64,000 nucleotides of DNA from Clostridiaceae bacterium Marseille-Q4149. GTDB lineage: Bacteria > Bacteroidota > Bacteroidia > Bacteroidales > Bacteroidaceae. Positions 37,512-48,100 of this stretch are shown here, piece by piece. Every line of letters begins with the position of its first letter. Position 1 is the stretch's first letter. A program made the position numbers and the translations under genes. The stretch is from the NCBI GenBank assembly GCA_963644855.1, contig CAVIQL010000001.1:29105-93104 (forward strand), in the 5' to 3' direction. The notes under the pieces are model-generated. The model saw only the letters and a list, made by a program, of their open reading frames with translations, was not told the DNA's origin and did no database searches.

Positions 37512-39355
37512 GGCTTCGGTTTTTTCTTATAGCAATAATGTTTGTTTCATGTGCTTTTGCGCAAAGCCTTGAACGGGTTTTGCCCGAACGGGTAGGCTTG
37601 AGCAGTGCACGACTCGCCTATGCCGATAGCGCAATCCTGAAATCAATCAACGCAGGAGACATTCCTGGCGCAGTGCTTGCCGTTGTGAAAGACGGGAAAA
37701 TGGCTTATATCAAAGCGTATGGCTATCGCAGCATAATGCCGAGGCGTGAAAAAATGACAACAAACACCATTTTCGACATGGCATCGTGTAGCAAAGCTAT
37801 GTCAACGGCTATTTGTGCAATGGTATTGGTTGAGCGCGGACAATTAAGGCTTAGTGATGCGGTGGAAAACTTTATTCCGGGGTTCAAAAACTGGACTTCG
37901 GCCGACGGAAAGACACATACTACAATCCGCATACGACATCTTATGACTCATACCTCGGGTTTGCCGCCTTATGTATCGGTTGCGGAGGTTCAAAAGCTAT
38001 ATGGCAGCAACAATCCCGACAGTCTTATGAGCTATATTGCTTCGTGGCGCAGAGATTTCGAGCCTGGTACGGATTTTCAGTACTCTTGCCTTAACTATAT
38101 CACGCTTCAGAATATAATAGAACGGGTTAGCGGATTATCTCTTCGTGAGTTTGCGCGCCGCAATGTATTTTCTGTTTTGGGCATGAACCATACCGATTAT
38201 ATTCCGTGTTTAGAAGACGAGAAAGGTGTTTGGAAAGCGACGTCTCTCCCAGTATGGGCGAAAGATTCTTCGGATTCTTGGCTTGATATCGTAGCACCTA
38301 CCGAAAAGCAGAAGAACGGGCAGGTTTTGCGCGGAGAAGTTCACGATCCTTTGGCTCGGGTGATGAATTCCGGGGTAAGTGGTAATGCGGGTGTCTTTTC
38401 AAATGCCGATGATATAGCTTTGCTTTGCGCTGCATTGATTAATGGGGGAGAACTCAACGGACGTCGCATTCTCGGTAATGCTACTGTGAAACTTATGACC
38501 ACGGTGCCGCAAGGACTTGAAGCATTCGGAAGAACGCCAGGTTGGGACAATTGTTCCGACTATTCTTCAAATCTTGGCGACCTACTGAGCAAATCTTCCT
38601 ATGGACACACTGGTTTTACGGGAACTATGATTGATGTTGATCCAGAAAACCGGCTTGCAATAATTCTTCTCACCAATAGCGTTCACCCGGCGGGACATAC
38701 CAACGTGATAAGGCTTAGGGCTTTGGTGGCAAATGCTGTTGGCGGCGCAATGGTCGACGATGAGCATACGGAGCATTATCTCGATCGCATGGAAGCTTTT
38801 GAAAAGGAAACCATTTCTGCCAAAGATATCGTGATGCTTGGAAACAGTCTCACGGAAAACGGCGGAAACTGGGTGGAGAGGCTCGGAAAGAAAAATGTGG
38901 TTAATCGTGGAATTATCGGAGACGATGTTCCGGGAATTTGGGAGCGCCTTCATCAGATTTTGCCCTATCACCCTGCAAAAATAGTATTGATGGAGGGAAT
39001 AAATGACGTGTCTCATCAATTGTCCAACGGCGAAATTGTGCAGTCGATAGCAAATACGATAGACCGTATCCGTAGAGAATCACCCAAAACCCAATTGATA
39101 TTGCAAAGTGTTCTACCGATAAACGAAGACTTCAAACGTTATAAACGATTGGAAGGGAAAACCGATTCGATACCGGCAATAAACAGCGCGCTTGAAACCA
39201 TTGCCAAAAACAAGGGCATTGACTTCGTAAACCTGTATCCCTTATTCATAGAAACGGGAAGCAATAAGTTGCGCGAGGAGTTGAGTACTGACGGACTTCA
39301 TCTCAACGAAAAAGGATATGACATCTGGGTTGCGGAACTAAAAAAGCATTTGTAG
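37508..39355 (+). CDS. Serine hydrolase (beta-lactamase family) fused to a C-terminal SGNH/GDSL hydrolase domain
   Basis: SxxK motif (MASCSKAM), HTG-type motif (YGHTGFTG). C-terminal VMLGNSLTENG ... DGLHLNEKGY SGNH blocks. Confidence 0.8.
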   Translation: MRLRFFLIAIMFVSCAFAQSLERVLPERVGLSSARLAYADSAILKSINAGDIPGAVLAVVKDGKMAYIKAYGYRSIMPRREKMTTNTIFDMASCSKAMSTAICAMVLVERGQLRLSDAVENFIPGFKNWTSADGKTHTTIRIRHLMTHTSGLPPYVSVAEVQKLYGSNNPDSLMSYIASWRRDFEPGTDFQYSCLNYITLQNIIERVSGLSLREFARRNVFSVLGMNHTDYIPCLEDEKGVWKATSLPVWAKDSSDSWLDIVAPTEKQKNGQVLRGEVHDPLARVMNSGVSGNAGVFSNADDIALLCAALINGGELNGRRILGNATVKLMTTVPQGLEAFGRTPGWDNCSDYSSNLGDLLSKSSYGHTGFTGTMIDVDPENRLAIILLTNSVHPAGHTNVIRLRALVANAVGGAMVDDEHTEHYLDRMEAFEKETISAKDIVMLGNSLTENGGNWVERLGKKNVVNRGIIGDDVPGIWERLHQILPYHPAKIVLMEGINDVSHQLSNGEIVQSIANTIDRIRRESPKTQLILQSVLPINEDFKRYKRLEGKTDSIPAINSALETIAKNKGIDFVNLYPLFIETGSNKLREELSTDGLHLNEKGYDIWVAELKKHL

Positions 39356-39414
39356 ACGAGGTGTTATAGGTTATGATATGAATGTTTGCTGGTGCTATAA
39401 AAACAATTCGGCTT

Positions 39415-39510
39415 GTCGTGAAAATAATATCCGACTTTGTTTGAAAAATATCCGACATTATTTAAAAAATATCGGACATTAGAAAAACGATATGCGCACA
39501 TTGTTTTAAG
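39415..39510. repeat. Repeat family locus R10
   Basis: atatccgactttgtttgaaaa / atatccgacattatttaaaaa / atatcggacattagaaaaacg / atatgcgcacattgtttt; four consecutive 21-nt units. Confidence 0.85.
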
Positions 39511-39584
39511 GTATTCACGAAATGGAACGTAACTTTTAGTATAACAAGGAATTAAACCTAAGTTCAAAGAAAAATATAGAGAAG

Positions 39585-41888
39585 ATGAAAGGCGGATTAA
39601 AAATTGCATTTTTGCTGTTTGCCCTTGCTATCATTAAGCCATCGGCTTTTGCGCAAACAGAAGACTTTCGCAGCCAGGCGGGAACGCTTGTGGCAAAAGG
39701 TGAATTCAAGAAAGCGGAGAAATATTTGAAAGGTCTTCCCAAAAAGGTGAGACAAGAAAACGTTTATGCCATAGACTCCATAAACCAAATAATATATCGC
39801 ATACGCAAAGACTTTTCCATCACTCCCGAAGACGGACGTGCGCAGATTGAAAAGCGTATGGGACGTACTTTCAGCAACGAAAAGTTCAATTATTGGAAGC
39901 GCAAGAAATATATCGAGGCAGACACTATCGACGGAAAAGAAATGTGGTTTCGCCGTTCGATAGGCAATTTCTTCTTGCTCAACCGTGAGGACTGCAAGGC
40001 TGAGAATGATAAAAACAAGAAGTCCACCTACAACTATTATGCGGGCTTCTACAATCAGGCAAAGCAGACTCCGGCAGACGAAAACCATTTGCGCAACCCG
40101 CATAAATGGCAACTCACTTTCAATCTCAACGTAAAGGCAAACGCAATCCCCGACGGCGACACTTTGAGGGTATGGTTGCCCTATCCAATGGAGACCACGC
40201 GCCAAACAAATGTGAAACTGATAAAATCGTCTGCGCCTGTTACGCTTTCACAAGGCACATTCCACCACACAGCCTACATGGAAGGAGTGGCACACAAGGA
40301 TATGCCTACAAAGTTTAGCATTACCTATAGTTTTGTCTCTGCCGAACAATCTTTCACACGCGCCGAAATTATGTCGAATCTCAAACCCTACGACACTTCC
40401 TCGGCTTTGTATCAAGAATATACGGCAAACGAATTTCCGCATATTATAAAGACCGAAAAACTCAACAAACTTGCTCACGAATTAGTAGGCAACGAAACCA
40501 ATCCTGTGCTTCAATCTTCGATAATTTACGATTGGATTGCAAGCAATTTCCCATGGGCTGGCGCCCGTGAGTACAGCACGATTCCAAATATTCCCGAATA
40601 TGTTGTGGAAAACCGCCACGGCGATTGCGGACAAGTAGCCTTGCTCTACATTACCTTGATGCGATGCCTCGGAATACCCGCACGATGGGAAAGTGGTTTC
40701 ATGTTACACCCCGGAGAAGAGAACTACCACGATTGGGCTGAGACATATTTTGAAGGAACAGGCTGGGTGCCCACCGATGCTTCGTTTGGAAGATCAATGG
40801 CAGGCGAACCTTTGAGCGATTATTACAAGACCAGTTTAGATCTTTACCGTTTTGCGGTGAACAAAGGCGTTAATGGTAAATTCTATCCCGAGAAAAAATA
40901 TATTCGTTCCGAAACTGTGGACAATCAAGCAGGTGAAGTGGAATGGAAAAACGGAAACCTGGAATACAAAGACTGGGATTCTGAACTCAAAGTGGACTCT
41001 TGTATCAAAATAAACTTGAATGCTCCCGACAAAGGTTGGGCTTTGACAAAATTGTCGGTAGCTTCGATGCGCACAAGCGGGGAGCATTCTGCCGAAATGG
41101 CTACTCAGTCGATTATGGGTACGCCTTTGAAAATTCTTGAACAGGAAGACGGGTGGTATAAAGCCTTGACGCCCGACGGATATTCGTCGTATATTCCCGC
41201 AAGTTCCGTGCAGGAACTCGACAGTACAGACCTTGAAACGTGGAAACACGCAAAGCGTTATATTGTTACCGTATATCAAACTAGCCTTGTGGCTCAACCG
41301 GGCAGCAATGAGGTTGTTAGTGATCTTGTGCTCAATGATATTTTGGAATACAAGGGTACGAAGGGGAAATATATTCAGCTTGCAACTCCCGATGGTCGCA
41401 CGGGATTTGTTGCAGAAAGCGAAGTGGAAGAACTGAAAGCGTGGGCAAATCGTCCGTTTTCTACAACCCGGGTGATTGAAACCGCTAAACGCATGATGGG
41501 GTCCCCTTATTTTTGGGGCGGAACCTCTACAAAAATGACCGATTGTTCGGGTTTGTCGAAAATAAGTTACCTTTCGAGCGGCGTGATACTACGTCGCGAT
41601 GCATGGCAACAGGCTTTGACGGGCGAGAAAATCGATGCAAAAGATTACAAAACCGCGCAAGCCGGTGATTTGTTCTTTTTCGGCACAATCTCAGGGCGTG
41701 TAACCCATGTGGCAATCTCTCTCGGCGGCGCAAGATACATTCATTGTAGTGGTAGAGTAAAGATAAATAGTGCAGACCCTAAGGCAAAGGACTATTTGTC
41801 AACTCCATTTTTGTCGATAAGTCGCATAAACGGGAAAATAGGCACTGACGGAATTGTGGCAGTTAAAGATCACCCTTGGTATTTCTGA
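39585..41888 (+). CDS. Secreted multidomain protein: transglutaminase-like cysteine protease core, SH3-like domains, C-terminal NlpC/P60 (C40) peptidase
   Basis: Signal peptide; GDCGQVALLYITLMRCLGIPARW (transglutaminase-core Cys); C-terminal YFWGGTS...DCSGL...THVAI (NlpC/P60 Cys/His). Confidence 0.78.
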   Translation: MKGGLKIAFLLFALAIIKPSAFAQTEDFRSQAGTLVAKGEFKKAEKYLKGLPKKVRQENVYAIDSINQIIYRIRKDFSITPEDGRAQIEKRMGRTFSNEKFNYWKRKKYIEADTIDGKEMWFRRSIGNFFLLNREDCKAENDKNKKSTYNYYAGFYNQAKQTPADENHLRNPHKWQLTFNLNVKANAIPDGDTLRVWLPYPMETTRQTNVKLIKSSAPVTLSQGTFHHTAYMEGVAHKDMPTKFSITYSFVSAEQSFTRAEIMSNLKPYDTSSALYQEYTANEFPHIIKTEKLNKLAHELVGNETNPVLQSSIIYDWIASNFPWAGAREYSTIPNIPEYVVENRHGDCGQVALLYITLMRCLGIPARWESGFMLHPGEENYHDWAETYFEGTGWVPTDASFGRSMAGEPLSDYYKTSLDLYRFAVNKGVNGKFYPEKKYIRSETVDNQAGEVEWKNGNLEYKDWDSELKVDSCIKINLNAPDKGWALTKLSVASMRTSGEHSAEMATQSIMGTPLKILEQEDGWYKALTPDGYSSYIPASSVQELDSTDLETWKHAKRYIVTVYQTSLVAQPGSNEVVSDLVLNDILEYKGTKGKYIQLATPDGRTGFVAESEVEELKAWANRPFSTTRVIETAKRMMGSPYFWGGTSTKMTDCSGLSKISYLSSGVILRRDAWQQALTGEKIDAKDYKTAQAGDLFFFGTISGRVTHVAISLGGARYIHCSGRVKINSADPKAKDYLSTPFLSISRINGKIGTDGIVAVKDHPWYF

Positions 41889-41989
41889 AATAATTTTTTT
41901 AGGGGTATAAATCTCCGCAAAAAAAATGGTTCGGAAATGGCGTAGATTGGGTATAGAAACAAAGTAACTTATAAACGGCAAAACGAGAA

Positions 41990-42075
41990 CCGTTGTGATT
42001 TAAATTCCAAGGCATATAATTTCAATTAGATGCCTTGGAATTTTTGCGAGAACCAATGTGGTTTTTTTCGATGGC
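41990..42075. repeat. Repeat family locus R11 (hairpin variant)
   Basis: aaattccaaggcatataatttcaattagatgccttggaatttttgcgagaaccaatgtggttttttt. Confidence 0.75.
42002..42045 (+). terminator. Hairpin terminator after the 39585..41888 gene (part of R11)
   Basis: 14-bp stem aaattccaaggcat / atgccttggaattt followed by TTT. Confidence 0.5.
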
Positions 42076-42262
42076 TGATATGCGTCCTCAAAAGTGGGGT
42101 AGAGAACTATGGAAAAGGGGCGTTGTAGGGGCAAAAACAGTTGGAAAATTATTTTCAATGGTGTCAAATTTTACAAGTAGGCATTTTGTATAGTTTTTTT
42201 TGTATTTTTGTTCCCATATTTCTTCGTGGCAGATAAAAAAGATATGCTGTAAAAATAAATGT

Positions 42263-43795
42263 ATGAGAGCATTATATGTTTTGATGCTGACGATAGTCGT
42301 TGCAAGTTGCAGTAGTACGGGCAACAAACCGAACCAAACCAACGGGAAATCATTGGGCGACTCCGTAAAAAGCACCGATAGTTACAATAAACAAGATAGC
42401 ACAGACCAAGCGGCGCGCAAAGCGTTGCAGACGATTTATGCCGATGTCTTCAAATGGTATGCGAAGGCTGAAAAGGATATCTCCGTCCTAAAAAATATGC
42501 CGGATTTTGACGCAAAATACATGTCGGCAGAATACAAAGAGCTAAAACGAAAGACCAAAACCTTTGATGACAAACATGCAACCCAAGGCGAAGTTGGTTG
42601 CTTTGATTATGACCATTGGATTTGCGGTCAGGATTTTCAGAATTTGTCGATGAAAATCGTAAAGATGGTTGTAGATTCTGGAAAATGCTCTGCCGATATT
42701 GAAATTACAAATTGCGGTACTAAAAATAGTGTTACTGTTGATTTGGTTTGGGAGAACGGCGAATGGAAAATCGATGATTTCTATATTTCAGACATATCCG
42801 AAAAAACACGTATGAAGCAATATATCGCCGAAGATAGTAAGGTAAAAATTCAAGCCTCGCTTGATTGGGCAGACTGCACGCTGTGGTATGAGGGGAACGC
42901 ACGTCTGAAAAATATAAACCGTGAACTTCCCGACGTTTTCTACTTGTTGCCCACGTGTGTGGCGGCATGGAACGACAATGCGGGAGTTACTCACTATAAT
43001 GCCGAACCTAAAAATCCCGAACACCGCAAGGCGTGGCAACTTTCTGCAGAATTGGCTGATACGATATTCGCTACTCGTGCAAATCTTTTCCTTCCTTATT
43101 ACCGCCAAGCCACATTTGGAGGATTAGAAGGCGAGTCTTCTAAAAAATATAGCAGGATAGCTTTGCGAGATGTTTGTGATGCTTTTGATTATTATATGAA
43201 TCATTACAACCATGGGCGTCGCTTTATACTCGCTGGCTATAGTCAGGGCGGTTTGCTGGTTAAAGAACTCCTGAAACACATAGACGACAAAACTTATAGC
43301 CGTATGATTGCAGCTTATGTAGTGGGCTATGGCGTTACTCCCGAAGATACGGCAACCCAGGCGGGACATCGCATGTCGCATGTGAGATTGGCGCAAGATT
43401 CTACCTCGTGTGGAGTTACAATTAACTTCAATAGCGTTACTTCTATAAGCGCTATAAGTAGTTTGTTGTGCGACAAAAATATCGGTTGTATCAATCCTGT
43501 TTCGTGGACAACCACTTCCACTCCGGCAATATTGCTCGGCGCCGGCAAGGAGTCGGGCGCAGATGATACGCGGTTCCCTTATGCCACGGCAGTATTGGCA
43601 AACCACGCCAATACACCGGTTACGGTTAGCGTAGATACGCATAATCATGTTCTGATGGTAAGTGGCGTTTCTCCGGAGCGGTATTTCTTGCCTGCATTAC
43701 AGAATTATTTTCCCGTAGGAAACCTTCACTTGCAGGAGTTGTTCTTTTATGGCGACTGCCTAAGGCGAAACGTGTTGCTACGCAGCGGACTTTGA
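42263..43795 (+). CDS. Lipoprotein with a C-terminal alpha/beta-hydrolase (DUF3089-like) domain
   Basis: Lipobox LTIVVASCSS from ATG 42263; nucleophile elbow GYSQGG. Confidence 0.55.
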   Translation: MRALYVLMLTIVVASCSSTGNKPNQTNGKSLGDSVKSTDSYNKQDSTDQAARKALQTIYADVFKWYAKAEKDISVLKNMPDFDAKYMSAEYKELKRKTKTFDDKHATQGEVGCFDYDHWICGQDFQNLSMKIVKMVVDSGKCSADIEITNCGTKNSVTVDLVWENGEWKIDDFYISDISEKTRMKQYIAEDSKVKIQASLDWADCTLWYEGNARLKNINRELPDVFYLLPTCVAAWNDNAGVTHYNAEPKNPEHRKAWQLSAELADTIFATRANLFLPYYRQATFGGLEGESSKKYSRIALRDVCDAFDYYMNHYNHGRRFILAGYSQGGLLVKELLKHIDDKTYSRMIAAYVVGYGVTPEDTATQAGHRMSHVRLAQDSTSCGVTINFNSVTSISAISSLLCDKNIGCINPVSWTTTSTPAILLGAGKESGADDTRFPYATAVLANHANTPVTVSVDTHNHVLMVSGVSPERYFLPALQNYFPVGNLHLQELFFYGDCLRRNVLLRSGL

Positions 43796-43822
43796 AAAAA
43801 CAATAGGTTTATAAAATAAATA

Positions 43823-44779
43823 ATGAACGTTCTAAGAAAAATATCGCGCTTTTTCAGTAAGTACATGGCGCTTATCGTTATAGCTATGGCAGTATTGGCT
43901 TTATTAATGCCCAATGCCGTAAGTTCTATATTAAAGACCAGTTACATCAACACGCTTCTCGGCATTGTGATGTTTGGCATGGGATTGACTTTGAAGCCGC
44001 AGGATTTCCGAGTAGTGTTTAGCCACCCGAAAGATGTGCTTATTGGTACGGTAGCACAGTTTACAATAATGCCGTTGCTTGCTTATGTGTTGTCGAAATC
44101 GTTTGGACTTTCGCCGGAACTCACAGTGGGAGTAATTCTTGTGGGAACTTGTCCCGGGGGAACGTCTTCAAATGTTATGACTTACCTTTCCAAGGGCGAT
44201 GTGGCCCTGTCGGTAGGAATAACATCGGTTTCTACGGTGTTGGCTCCTGTAATGACACCTTTACTAACCTATGTTTACGCCGGGCAAACGGTTGACGTTA
44301 ATATGTTGTCGATGTTTCTTTCAATCATACAAGTTGTGATTTTGCCAATAGTGTTAGGATTTGTAATCAATCACTTCTTTGCTCATTTTGCAGAGCGTGC
44401 CGTTGATGTTTTGCCGCTTGTGTCTACGCTGGCAATTGTTGCCATTGTCGGTGCGGTGGTTAGTGTAAATGCGGCGCGGCTTGTAAGTTGTGGCTTCCTT
44501 ATATTTGGAATTGTTGTTTTGCACAATGTTTTGGGCTATGTCTTAGGATATGGCGCCGGTAAGCTGATGAAGATGAACGTTACCAAATGTCGTGCCGTAT
44601 CTATAGAGGTTGGTATGCAAAATTCCGGACTTGCAACGTCATTGGCTACGGTTCATTTTGCACAATATCCGTTGGCAGCCATACCAGGTGCGGTGTTTAG
44701 CGTGTGGCATAACGTTTCGGGAGCTATTCTTGCCAATATATTTCTCCATCAGTCTGAACGTAAAGAAAAGAAACAGTAA
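43823..44779 (+). CDS. Bile acid:sodium symporter (BASS) family transporter
   Basis: GTCPGGTSSNVMTYL and SIEVGMQNSGLA motifs; about 9-10 TM helices. Confidence 0.85.
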   Translation: MNVLRKISRFFSKYMALIVIAMAVLALLMPNAVSSILKTSYINTLLGIVMFGMGLTLKPQDFRVVFSHPKDVLIGTVAQFTIMPLLAYVLSKSFGLSPELTVGVILVGTCPGGTSSNVMTYLSKGDVALSVGITSVSTVLAPVMTPLLTYVYAGQTVDVNMLSMFLSIIQVVILPIVLGFVINHFFAHFAERAVDVLPLVSTLAIVAIVGAVVSVNAARLVSCGFLIFGIVVLHNVLGYVLGYGAGKLMKMNVTKCRAVSIEVGMQNSGLATSLATVHFAQYPLAAIPGAVFSVWHNVSGAILANIFLHQSERKEKKQ

Positions 44780-44791
44780 AACAAAAATATT

Positions 44792-45520
44792 ATGAACGGA
44801 ATTAAATGCATAATAAGAGTTGCCTTGATGGTGATGACTATTATTGCTTTGCCTTGTTGCTGCAAAGGCGGAACTGAAAAGCAGAAAAAGAACGACACAA
44901 CCACTATCAACGGTCATCGCTTTGTGGATCTTCAATTGCCGAGCGGATTGTTGTGGGCTGAGACTAATGTTGGAGCGAAAGCAATCACTGATTATGGGGC
45001 TTATTACGCTTGGGGAGAAACTGAAACCAAAGATAATTGTTCGCAAGCCACTTATCGTTACGGCACTTCCTTTGATAAAATGACCAAGTACAATGAAAAT
45101 GACGGCAAGGTGCTACTCGATTCGATAGATGATGCTGCAAGTGTGAATTGGGGCGCGGGTTGCAGAATGCCTACAAGCGAAGAGTTTCACGAACTTGCCG
45201 ATACCGTTAATTGTACATGGACTTGGGTGAAGAAAATAGTTGCTCCCAACGACACGGTGTCGGGTTATGAGGTGAAGAGTGTGCGCAACGGAAAAACAAT
45301 ATTCCTTCCCGCAGCGGGAGTGCGCAATGAAAAAGAAATAGTAATGCGTGGAGAAGACGCTGTGTATTGGACAAGTTCTATTGGAAACGATGCAAAAGGC
45401 AATGCAACCTGTCTTTCGTTTTATTTCGCCAATTACAGTTGGTACAACAACGCACGTTATATTGGCGCTTCGATAAGGGCGGTGGCTGATAGCTATGCCA
45501 AGACCGGGCAAACCAAATGA
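44792..45520 (+). CDS. Lipoprotein with a FISUMP/DUF1566-like domain
   Basis: GLLWAETNVGA...YYAWGE...FLPAAG...YWTSS pattern. Confidence 0.5.
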   Translation: MNGIKCIIRVALMVMTIIALPCCCKGGTEKQKKNDTTTINGHRFVDLQLPSGLLWAETNVGAKAITDYGAYYAWGETETKDNCSQATYRYGTSFDKMTKYNENDGKVLLDSIDDAASVNWGAGCRMPTSEEFHELADTVNCTWTWVKKIVAPNDTVSGYEVKSVRNGKTIFLPAAGVRNEKEIVMRGEDAVYWTSSIGNDAKGNATCLSFYFANYSWYNNARYIGASIRAVADSYAKTGQTK

Positions 45521-45556
45521 AGGAAAGAATAGAAAAAACAATATAAAAATAGCAAT

Positions 45557-46465
45557 ATGAAAAGTTTAAAATTGGCGTTTTTGCTTTTTGTCTTTATCTC
45601 GTTTGCTACTACGGGGTGCAAACAATCAACGCCGAAGCAGGAGTCTGATTCAATCTCTTCCGATACAATTGTTTTCGAGGCGAGACCTTTGGCAGTTGAT
45701 AGTATTAAGTATAGTGAAGAAACAAGCGATTCTACTATCGAGAGTTTCGTTTGTGTTGATTTCCCTTTGGGGGACGATAGTCTTGCTCTTGCCGTGAAAA
45801 AATTTATAGGCAGCGAATTGGCAAAACTTTATATACCGCAAAAAAGCGGAGAGGATAAGTATGAACGTAAATACCCGGTATACAAAGGAAGTGTGCTCAA
45901 AGGGCAGCAGATGGTGAACTATTACGGAAAGGGTACGTTGCAATTTTTTGCCGAGTCTCAAAAGGATATGATGGAGTTCTTGGAACAAGATGGGGAGGAC
46001 AAACCTCATTACCTAGAGAAGATTAATATTCGCAAGGCAGAGGATACTCCTTACTATGTTACTTATTCTGTTACGGACGAAAGTTACGAAGGCGGTGCTC
46101 ATGGTTCATATTCTTTTTATTATGTGAATATAAGCAAGCGCACCAACAAGCCTGTTTATCAAATGGTCGACTCTACGCGCGTTCGAGACCTGCAACCGCT
46201 TCTACGAAAAGGGGCGATTTGGTATTTCAAACAGTGTGGTGAAACCAAGATAACTGATGCTACACTAAAAAACTACCTTCAGTTGCCCGACAACGGGCTT
46301 ATTCCATTGCCGGAACATACTCCTTGGTTGAAAAACGATAGTCTTAATTTTGTGTATCAGCAATATGAAATAGCTTCATACGCCGCAGGACCAGTCAGTT
46401 TCAATATTGCTTACAAAGATATCGAACCTTATCTCACAAAGGAGGCTAAGGTTTTGAAAAAGTAA
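45557..46465 (+). CDS. Lipoprotein, DUF3298/DUF4163 (RsiV/PdaC-like) type
   Basis: Lipobox ATTGCKQ; central YEGGAHGSY motif typical of DUF3298. Confidence 0.45.
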   Translation: MKSLKLAFLLFVFISFATTGCKQSTPKQESDSISSDTIVFEARPLAVDSIKYSEETSDSTIESFVCVDFPLGDDSLALAVKKFIGSELAKLYIPQKSGEDKYERKYPVYKGSVLKGQQMVNYYGKGTLQFFAESQKDMMEFLEQDGEDKPHYLEKINIRKAEDTPYYVTYSVTDESYEGGAHGSYSFYYVNISKRTNKPVYQMVDSTRVRDLQPLLRKGAIWYFKQCGETKITDATLKNYLQLPDNGLIPLPEHTPWLKNDSLNFVYQQYEIASYAAGPVSFNIAYKDIEPYLTKEAKVLKK

Positions 46466-46537
46466 GTTGTTTAGATTGTTCGTAAAAGTGTGTGTGTTAA
46501 AAGATAACACATGTGTAAACATCGCGGTCAATTATCG

Positions 46538-46632
46538 GTTTTCCGACGTCGGATATAATTTAAAATCCAAGGCATCTAGTTTAAACTAGATGCCTTGGAT
46601 TTTTTTACGACAACCGATGTGGTTTTTGAGGC
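46538..46632. repeat. Repeat family locus R12 (hairpin variant)
   Basis: ccgacgtcggatataatttaaaatccaaggcatctagtttaaactagatgccttggatttttttacgacaaccgatgtggttttt. Confidence 0.8.
46562..46603. terminator. Bidirectional terminator (perfect palindrome of 40-42 nt) between convergent genes
   Basis: aaaatccaaggcatctagttt|aaactagatgccttggatttt, with A-run and T-run flanks. Confidence 0.7.
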
Positions 46633-46675
46633 TTCCTATCAGGCTGCTTTTCTATCGTAAAAGAATGCGATTTTG

Positions 46676-47887
46676 CTATATGGAATCCCTAAGATTTACG
46701 ATTTCGGATTTGCCATGAGTGAACCTGTTGCGGCGGGATTGCTTGGGCGAAAAAGGCGAAACCGAAATGTCGTCGCTGATTGTGGTTACCGCCTTGCCGC
46801 CGCGGTATTTTGCCCATCTCACCATGATTTGTTCTACGTAATTATAGGTTTCACTGCCTATCATGTAGCCATATTTTACAACCGGGTCGTTATAATATTG
46901 TGCTTTGTCGAGATTTCGAATGTAGAAACTCACATCGTTGTAGCTCGTAGGTGATTTCCCGTATTTTTTTGCAAGGTTCATTGCGTCGCGAATATGGCGC
47001 GGCCCTCCATTATATGCGGCAAGAGTGAAACGAATCTTGTCGATGCGGTTGCGAACATCGCTGAAACTTGCTTGCAGTTGGCGGAGGTAGCGACACCCTG
47101 CGTCGATGTTTTCCTTAGGGTCGTAAATGTCGTTGATGCCAAGGCTTTTTGCTGTAGAGGGAATAATTTGCATCAGTCCTTTAGCCCCAGCCCATGAAAC
47201 GGCATCGGGATCAAATCCCGATTCCTGGTAACATTGAGCCGCAATAAGCCGCCAGTCCCAACCCATGTGGCGGCTGCCGCGAATGAATTCCGCATCATAT
47301 TGCGAAATTATTCCCTTGCTGCGCGAAACATATGGGGCTCTTACATGGCGTTTTACCGAAACCGTACCGAAATGTTTGCTCTCCTCGTTGATAATCTCGG
47401 TTTCCATGCCGGACTTATACCATGAATTTAGGGCTTCTTCCAAATCTGGTTGGTCGTTTCTCACACACCAGCCCATCAAAGTCTTATCCTTTCCGTTACG
47501 CATGCCGCAAATTTGCAACTTGTGAGCGTTGGCAGTATCTTTAGGTAGGGGATAGATAATAATGTCAGCCTCACCCGACGAAAGCATCTTGATCATTGTC
47601 GCTGTATCGCCTACCGCTTCGATTCTTACTCCCATGCCTTCGTTTTTTGCAAAGTGGGCGAGCATTTCAAACGCTGTGCCAGTTTCCCTGCCATGGTATT
47701 CGTAATAAGTATTGCGCCCATACATCGTAACAGCAATGATTTCCCCCGATTCTTCTATATCGGCAAGATCGCAGTGTGCAGTTTGTTTCTGCTCAGCGGC
47801 AGTAGGCGTCTGTTTGTTGGCATCTTTACTCCCGCAAGAAACGGCAGCAAACGCAAAAAGAATGTATATGATGTTATATCGCAGCAC
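46676..47887 (-). CDS. mltF: Membrane-bound lytic murein transglycosylase F-like lipoprotein (solute-binding family 3 domain plus SLT domain)
   Basis: C-terminal SLT motifs (AQCYQESGFDP...GAKGLMQI...AYNGG). Lipobox AAVSCG. Apparent GTG start at 47887, with no in-frame ATG nearby. Confidence 0.75.
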   Translation of the reverse strand: MLRYNIIYILFAFAAVSCGSKDANKQTPTAAEQKQTAHCDLADIEESGEIIAVTMYGRNTYYEYHGRETGTAFEMLAHFAKNEGMGVRIEAVGDTATMIKMLSSGEADIIIYPLPKDTANAHKLQICGMRNGKDKTLMGWCVRNDQPDLEEALNSWYKSGMETEIINEESKHFGTVSVKRHVRAPYVSRSKGIISQYDAEFIRGSRHMGWDWRLIAAQCYQESGFDPDAVSWAGAKGLMQIIPSTAKSLGINDIYDPKENIDAGCRYLRQLQASFSDVRNRIDKIRFTLAAYNGGPRHIRDAMNLAKKYGKSPTSYNDVSFYIRNLDKAQYYNDPVVKYGYMIGSETYNYVEQIMVRWAKYRGGKAVTTISDDISVSPFSPKQSRRNRFTHGKSEIVNLRDSI

Positions 47888-48021
47888 TTTGAACGGCTTT
47901 TTACGCCTGCAAATTTAGTATATTTGAAGTTTATGGCACTCGTAATGCGGGAAAAGGCAAAAAATATCGCCGATGAACACAAAAAACAATTGATAATGTG
48001 AACAATGTGAAAGAAAATGCC

Positions 48022-48029
48022 TAACTTTG
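48022..48029 (+). promoter_or_regulatory. -7 box TAACTTTG upstream of rpsA
   Basis: TAnnTTTG match 72 nt upstream of ATG 48101. No clear -33. Confidence 0.4.
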
Positions 48030-48100
48030 CGCCCGCATTAAGCCATGCGAGATGCAAAACATAATGTCTAACATGTTTAATTAATTATCAAACAATTCAA

